Below, in pieces: positions 59,147 through 63,943 of a stretch of 63,943 bases of DNA (position 1 is the stretch's first letter; the number at the start of each line of letters is the position of its first letter). The position numbers and the translations under genes were made by a program. This DNA comes from Candidatus Avilachnospira sp. (lineage in GTDB: Bacteria; Bacillota; Clostridia; Oscillospirales; Oscillospiraceae): the NCBI GenBank assembly GCA_045530865.1, contig JAZSCX010000107.1, positions 1 through 63,943 on the forward strand. Direction: 5' to 3'. The notes beneath the pieces are model-generated. The model saw only the letters and a program-made list of their open reading frames with translations. It was not told the DNA's origin and ran no database searches.

Positions 59147-60664
59147 TTAGATGCGCTCCACGGTGCCTTCCCAGGTATCCATGACCTTCTTGCGGGAGTG
59201 CTCGTCGTACCAGTGCTTGGTAACGGTCTTGGCGCGGGTGTAGAAGCGGACGCCGTCCAGACCCAGAACGTGCTGGTCGCCGAAGAAGCTGTCCTTGTTG
59301 CCGGAGAAGGGGAAGTATGCAGAGGGAACGGGAATACCAACGTTGATACCGACCATGCCGCCGTCAGTCAACAGCTCGAACTGGCGGGCATAGTAGCCGT
59401 TCTGAGTGAAGATCACGGAGCCGTTGGCGAAGGGGTTGGCGTTCATGATGGCCAGGCCTTCTTCGAAGGTCTTGACACGCTTGATGACAGTGACGGGGCC
59501 AAAGATCTCGCGATCGCCCACGGTCATTTCGGGAGTGACCTTGTCCAGAATGGTGGGGCCGACAAAGAAGCCGTTCTCGAAGCCGGGAACCACGATGTCG
59601 CGGCCGTCCAGAACCAGCTCAGCACCCTCATCGATGCCCTTCTGGATCCAGTTGCAGATGCTTTCCTTGTGCTTGGCGTTGACCACGGGGCCCAGATTGG
59701 TCTCGGGATCGTAAGCGCAGCCGACCTTCATGGCCATGGCCTTCTTCTTCAGCAGAGCCACGAACTGATCAGCGATGGACTCCTGCACCACGATAACGGG
59801 CAGAGCCATGCAGCGCATGCCGGCGCAGCCGTAGGTGGAGTTGATGATAGCATTGACGGTGCTTTCCAGATCGCAGTCTTCCAGAACCAGAGCGTGGTTC
59901 TTGGCTTCGCACTGAGCCTGGACGCGCTTGCCGTGGGCAGCGGCCTTGGAGTAGACCTGCTTGCCGATCTCGGTGGAGCCGACGAAGGTGACAGCCTTGA
60001 CTCTGGGGTCGGTCAGGAACAGCTCGGACTCCTTGCGGGAGCAGGTGACCAGGTTGACGACGCCTGCGGGGAAGCCGGCTTCTTCATAGAACAGCTCCAT
60101 GATACGCATGGAGGTCAGGGGAGTGTAGGAAGCAGCCTTCAGGACAACGGTGTTGCCGGTGGCGATTGCCAGAGGAACCATCCAGCCCCAGGGAATCATA
60201 GCGGGGAAGTTGAAGGGCACGATGCCGGCCACGACGCCCAGAGGCATGCGGTAGGTGGCGGTATCAAAGCCGGTGGTAACCTGCAGGGAAGCGGAGCCCT
60301 GAGAGATGAAGGGAGTGGCGCAGGCCAGCTCGGTGGGCTCGATGGCCTTCAGCACGTCGCCGCGGGCTTCAGCCAGGTTCTTGCCCAGCTCCTTGGCGCA
60401 CAGAACGGTCAGCTCGTCCAGATGAGCCACCAGAACGTCACGCCACTTGAACATCATCTGGGTGCGCTTGGAGATGGACAGCTGGGACCATTCGGGGAAT
60501 GCGGCCTGTGCGGAGGCGATAGCTTCTTCTACTTCATCAACGGTGCAGCAGGGGACTTCGGCGATGACTTCGCCGGTGGAAGAATCGGTAACTTCCATCC
60601 ACTTGTCGGTCTTGGATTCCTTCCAAACACCATTGACACAATACTTTTTGCGTTCGACTGCCAT
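59147..60664 (-). CDS. iolA: CoA-acylating methylmalonate/malonate-semialdehyde dehydrogenase
   Basis: FNFPAMIPWGW, VTFVGST, catalytic Cys in GCAGMRCMA and GMVGINVGIPVP are diagnostic of MmsA/IolA. Confidence 0.85.
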   Translation of the reverse strand: MAVERKKYCVNGVWKESKTDKWMEVTDSSTGEVIAEVPCCTVDEVEEAIASAQAAFPEWSQLSISKRTQMMFKWRDVLVAHLDELTVLCAKELGKNLAEARGDVLKAIEPTELACATPFISQGSASLQVTTGFDTATYRMPLGVVAGIVPFNFPAMIPWGWMVPLAIATGNTVVLKAASYTPLTSMRIMELFYEEAGFPAGVVNLVTCSRKESELFLTDPRVKAVTFVGSTEIGKQVYSKAAAHGKRVQAQCEAKNHALVLEDCDLESTVNAIINSTYGCAGMRCMALPVIVVQESIADQFVALLKKKAMAMKVGCAYDPETNLGPVVNAKHKESICNWIQKGIDEGAELVLDGRDIVVPGFENGFFVGPTILDKVTPEMTVGDREIFGPVTVIKRVKTFEEGLAIMNANPFANGSVIFTQNGYYARQFELLTDGGMVGINVGIPVPSAYFPFSGNKDSFFGDQHVLGLDGVRFYTRAKTVTKHWYDEHSRKKVMDTWEGTVERI

Positions 60665-60821
60665 GGGAAACTTCCTTTCTGAATATAAAATTTAATTTCA
60701 ATAATTGGAATTGAATTTCACGAATAAATTATACGATTCTGCAGGAGAGATGTCAATAGGGTGCAGAGATTTTCTCCGTTTTTGACAAAGGGAAATGGGT
60801 GCGTTTTTCAGGTGATACATA

Positions 60822-60848
60822 CGTAGGGGCTGACGACCCCGGCGGCCC
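60822..60848. repeat. short GC hairpin of the GTAGGGC-headed family
   Basis: CGTAGGGGCTGACGACCCCGGCGGCCC. Confidence 0.45.
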
Positions 60849-60952
60849 AAAGGGTAGTGCACTGCGGAAGCATTGTGTCTGCATACGGCGTGCCGGGTCG
60901 ACATGTCTACTGCGTCAACAAGAAAAGTGATTAGATAAATATCAAAACAGTA

Positions 60953-60981
60953 TTGACATTTTAATAATGCATTTGTATAAT
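60953..60981 (+). promoter_or_regulatory. consensus sigma-70-type promoter
   Basis: TTGACA (60953-60958), a 17-nt spacer, then TATAAT (60976-60981), 25 nt upstream of RBS AAAGGAGG. Confidence 0.65.
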
Positions 60982-61006
60982 TGGTATATATAAAGGAGGT
61001 GCTTCT

Positions 61007-61378
61007 GTGATGGAACAGAAAGTATGCAAACTGAACAGCTATTTTGAGCAGCAGATTGCCCTGTGCGGCAGGCGTAATCAGGAGCTGCTGGCCGATGGGC
61101 GTACAGATGAAGCCGACTTTGAAAAGGTGAAGGCAAATATCTATGACATTTTCCGCACGGTTCTTTCTGCTGCGGTGAATACAGGCAAGGGCGATCCCGA
61201 CGCGGTGCGGCACTTCTATGTCCAGAAAGCAGAGCAGATCCCCGCAAGCTGGGCGACGGCCTATGAAAAAGCGAAAGAACACAATGATCCGGTCAAAATG
61301 CGCCTTGAACAAATCAAGCTCGACACAATCCGTGAGATCAGGGAGCGTTTCGCAAAGATTTGGGAGGGAGCAAAATGA
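61007..61378 (+). CDS. hypothetical helical protein
   Basis: A 123-codon ORF behind a strong RBS and consensus promoter. Its stop overlaps the next start (ATGA). No family recognised. Confidence 0.55.
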   Translation: MMEQKVCKLNSYFEQQIALCGRRNQELLADGRTDEADFEKVKANIYDIFRTVLSAAVNTGKGDPDAVRHFYVQKAEQIPASWATAYEKAKEHNDPVKMRLEQIKLDTIREIRERFAKIWEGAK

Positions 61379-61944
61379 CAGAGACTGAGGCAATTCGGCT
61401 GTTCAAGTGCCTGTCGGATAAGTCACGGCTGCAAATTTTGAAGTCTCTGGCAATGGAAGATATGTATGTGGAGCGGTTGGCGGAACGACTGGGCATTACG
61501 GCTCCCACGGTTTCATTCCACCTGAAAAAACTGGCAGATGCCGGTGCGGTCACATCCTATAAAAGCCAGTATTATATGATGTACTCCCTCAAAAAGGATA
61601 TTTTTGAAACGAGTATTCTGGATATTCTGCAGGAAAAATCGGACGAGGCGGATATTCAGGCGCAGCGGGATGCGGAATACCGCCAAAAAGTGATCGATAC
61701 CTTTTTTGAATATGGTAAGCTGAAAGCCATCCCAGCGCAGCGCAAAAAAGAACGGATCGTTCTGGAAGTGATTGCTGAGTCGTTCGAATATGAGCGGATT
61801 TATTCCGAACGGGAAGTCAACATCATCATTGCGGATTTCCATGATGATTTCTGTACGATTCGCCGTGATATGATCGGCGAAAAGCTGTTGAACCGGGACG
61901 CCAAGGGTTATTGGCGTGTTGATCCCTTGCACAATGATATCTAA
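61375..61944 (+). CDS. ArsR-family winged-HTH regulator fused to a DUF2087-like C-terminal domain
   Basis: LFKCLSDKSRLQILKSLAMEDMYVERLAERLGITAPTVSFHLKKLADAG is an ArsR/SmtB HTH. The C-terminus reads ...YSEREVNIIIADFHDDFCTIRRDMIGEKLL. Confidence 0.75.
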   Translation: MTETEAIRLFKCLSDKSRLQILKSLAMEDMYVERLAERLGITAPTVSFHLKKLADAGAVTSYKSQYYMMYSLKKDIFETSILDILQEKSDEADIQAQRDAEYRQKVIDTFFEYGKLKAIPAQRKKERIVLEVIAESFEYERIYSEREVNIIIADFHDDFCTIRRDMIGEKLLNRDAKGYWRVDPLHNDI

Positions 61945-61946
61945 AA

Positions 61947-61980
61947 AAGCAGGAAAGAACAGATGTGTTCTTTCCTGCTT
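61947..61980. terminator. bidirectional terminator
   Basis: AAGCAGGAAAGAACA-GATG-TGTTCTTTCCTGCTT. Confidence 0.75.
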
Positions 61981-61987
61981 CGTTGTA

Positions 61988-62770
61988 TTATGCGGAATAG
62001 CCCATGCGGAAGGAGATCTCCTGTGCCAGCTGGCGAAGGGCGGGGAGGGCCGTTTCCTGCACATAGCCGTCGGTCAGACGGTCCACACTGTCAAAGGCAC
62101 TGATGGCAGCCACCACGGCGCCGGAATAGTCATACAGGGGCACCGACACGCAGCGGTGACCCAGCTCACATTCCTCGTTGTCCATGGCGTAGCCCAGCTC
62201 CTGCACCTGTGTCAGCTCCTGCAGCAGCAGCTCCCGGTTGGTGATGGTCTTGGGCGTCAGGCGAATCTGACCGCTTTCGTCCAGGATTTGCTGTACCCGT
62301 CCTGCAGGCATGGCACTGAGCAGCACCTTGCCGGAGCCGGTGGAATGCATGGGGGCATCCTTGCCGATCCGCAGCATGGTGTCCACGGAGCCGTGGGGCG
62401 CGCCCACCAGATCCAGATACATCAGGCTGCCATCCCGCTCCACTGCCAGCAGCACACCCAGGTTGAACCGGTTGGCAAACTGACTGAGCAGGCTTCCCGC
62501 CATGTTCCGCAGCACCAAATTACTCTCCAGAGAGCTGCCCAAACGGCAGATCTTCCAAGTCATGGCGTAGTAGCCGGTCTGCTTATCGTGATAGGCGTAG
62601 CCCTGATCGCACATGGTACGAAGATACCGCACCACCGTGGGCTGAGAGATCTGCAGATCATCCGCAATGTCCTTCAGCCGCATGGGCAGACGTTTTGCGG
62701 ACATATATTCAATGATACGGAGCAGCTTATCGGAAGAGAGATTGGCCTCCGTACCTCTTGTAACGGCCAT
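61988..62770 (-). CDS. IclR-family transcriptional regulator
   Basis: An N-terminal wHTH (LRIIEYMSAKRLPMRLKDIADDLQISQPTVVRYLRTM) is followed by a C-terminal IclR effector domain (...HSTGSGKVLLS...GYAMDNEECELG...). Confidence 0.85.
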   Translation of the reverse strand: MAVTRGTEANLSSDKLLRIIEYMSAKRLPMRLKDIADDLQISQPTVVRYLRTMCDQGYAYHDKQTGYYAMTWKICRLGSSLESNLVLRNMAGSLLSQFANRFNLGVLLAVERDGSLMYLDLVGAPHGSVDTMLRIGKDAPMHSTGSGKVLLSAMPAGRVQQILDESGQIRLTPKTITNRELLLQELTQVQELGYAMDNEECELGHRCVSVPLYDYSGAVVAAISAFDSVDRLTDGYVQETALPALRQLAQEISFRMGYSA

Positions 62771-62833
62771 GGAAAAGCCTCCCTTGACAGAATCCTTTCT
62801 GCCAGTATAGCACAGAGTTTCATGATTTTCCAG

Positions 62834-62858
62834 TGCAATTTTAATATTTAAAATTGCA
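62834..62858. promoter_or_regulatory. perfect 11-bp inverted repeat upstream of the IclR gene
   Basis: TGCAATTTTAA-TAT-TTAAAATTGCA overlaps the stop codon of the glycerate kinase gene. Confidence 0.4.
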
Positions 62859-63943
62859 TTTTGCAGACAGCCTCTGCAAACCGGAGCACATCGTCCAGGG
62901 TACGGCGGTAATCGATTTCGCCGCGATCCTTGATCTGCGCGAAGGGCAGGGCGGCGCGGTTGGTGTTGAACACGGCGGTGATGCCTTCGCCATAGACGGC
63001 GTCGGCGTCATCGGCCACAATGCCCACGATGGCAATGACCGGAACACCATGCTGTTTGGCTCTTCTGGAGACGCCGATGGGTACTTTACCGCCCAGAGAC
63101 TGTCCGTCAATCCGGCCTTCGCCGGTGATGACCAGATCGCAGCCCTCCAGCTGCCGGTCAAAGCCCACGAAGTCCAGTACCACTTCAATGCCGGGACGAA
63201 GCTCCGCATGGAGGAAAGCAACAGCACCTGCGCCAAAGCCGCCGGCAGCCCCGGCACCGGGCAGCTCTGCCACGGAAATGCCCAGCTGCGCCTGCATGAT
63301 CTGGGCCAGATGGGCCAGACCGGCATCCAGCTCCGCAACCATGGCGGTATCCGCGCCCTTCTGCGGCGCAAATACGGATGCAGCGCCTCTCGCACCGCAG
63401 AGAGGATTATCAATATCGCACATGACCTCCACGGTCACATTCCGCAGCAGCGCATCGGCTTCGCTGCAGTCCAGTGCGGCGATGTCCTTCAGTGTCGCAC
63501 CCACAGGACGGAAAGCGTTTCCGTCAGGATTAAGGAACCGCACACCCAGTGCCGCGGCACAGCCGCAGCCGCCGTCATTGGTGGCGCTGCCGCCCAGACC
63601 CATAATGATCTTTTTGGCACCGTTTTTTGCTGCGTGCAGCATCAGTTCACCTACACCATAGGTGGAAGTGAGCGATGGATTTTTATTCTCGCCTACGAGA
63701 GGCAGGCCGGCACAGGCCGCCATTTCGATTACCGCAGTGCTGCCGATAAGACCGTAGAAGGCGCGCATAGGCTCAAGATAGGGGCCGGAGACTTCCGCAT
63801 ATATCTTCTCACCGCCAAGAGCCGTGAGGAAGGCGTCCACACTGCCCTCGCCGCCATCGGCTACGGGGATGCTGTGCACTTGGCAGCCGGGAAAATGGCG
63901 CAGTACAGCCCGGGACATGATATCGCATATCTCGCCTGAGCTG
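62848..63943 (-). CDS. glycerate kinase (5' end beyond the window)
   Basis: ...IPVADGGEGSVDAF...GLGGSATNDGGCGCAAALG...GAGAAGG...LVITGEGRIDGQS... matches glycerate kinase. The frame stays open to the window edge. Confidence 0.85.
   Translation of the reverse strand, partial: SSGEICDIMSRAVLRHFPGCQVHSIPVADGGEGSVDAFLTALGGEKIYAEVSGPYLEPMRAFYGLIGSTAVIEMAACAGLPLVGENKNPSLTSTYGVGELMLHAAKNGAKKIIMGLGGSATNDGGCGCAAALGVRFLNPDGNAFRPVGATLKDIAALDCSEADALLRNVTVEVMCDIDNPLCGARGAASVFAPQKGADTAMVAELDAGLAHLAQIMQAQLGISVAELPGAGAAGGFGAGAVAFLHAELRPGIEVVLDFVGFDRQLEGCDLVITGEGRIDGQSLGGKVPIGVSRRAKQHGVPVIAIVGIVADDADAVYGEGITAVFNTNRAALPFAQIKDRGEIDYRRTLDDVLRFAEAVCKMQF

Noticed and set aside
1-63943. Prophage, integrative element, defence island, tRNA or rRNA genes.
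   Set aside because: No integrase, transposase, recombinase, capsid/terminase or restriction/Cas-like proteins were recognised in any frame. No tRNA T-loop (GGTTCGAATCC-like) or rRNA signatures were seen. The only compositional islet (6240-6900) has no mobility gene.

Overview
GC-rich chromosomal segment from a Gram-positive anaerobe. The T-box leaders, the Prp-processed L27 operon, the IOR/PaaK genes and the strong AGGAGG ribosome-binding sites point to Clostridia, possibly Oscillospiraceae/Ruminococcaceae-like, but the taxon call is tentative. All family calls come from motif recognition by eye; no searches were run.

Gene content in order:
- 1-3300: xanthine-dehydrogenase-family molybdoenzyme genes with a MocA-like cofactor gene.
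- 3300-5900: rplU-prp-rpmA and obg.
- 6240-6900: a small low-GC XRE islet.
- 8000-12900: a sugar locus with a TIM-barrel isomerase, an FGGY kinase and an amidohydrolase pair.
- 12900-17800: a DeoR-controlled oxidoreductase / TIM-barrel / aminotransferase operon.
- 17800-24700: an M23 peptidase, an operon of two membrane proteins plus an M20 peptidase, an Fe-ADH and a flavin reductase gene.
- 24700-26300: malQ.
- 26300-34600: two paralogous T-box leaders. The first (specifier read as Tyr) precedes an acyl-CoA-type ligase and a Na+ symporter. The second (specifier read as Phe) precedes iorAB, a phenylacetate-CoA ligase and an ACT protein.
- 34660-41300: gltS, glmM, a Mn catalase, def and a ferredoxin gene.
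- 41500-54000: two mirrored loci of a large glycoside hydrolase plus an SGNH esterase, with a second amidohydrolase pair and an AraC regulator.
- 54000-60700: iolA, two transaldolase genes, iolC, an aldolase and a Zn-ADH in one cluster.
- 61000-63943: ArsR/DUF2087 and IclR regulators and a glycerate kinase.

No rRNA, tRNA, CRISPR array, transposase or integrase was seen.

Main leads:
- The T-box-controlled arylacetate/IOR module, which by regulatory logic should act as aromatic amino acid salvage biosynthesis.
- A two-gene amidohydrolase cassette (catalytic protein plus a partner lacking the catalytic residues) that recurs in both sugar loci.
- Four in-frame premature stop codons in otherwise well-conserved genes.
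- Several families of REP/MITE-like palindromic repeats sitting on terminators and 5' UTRs.
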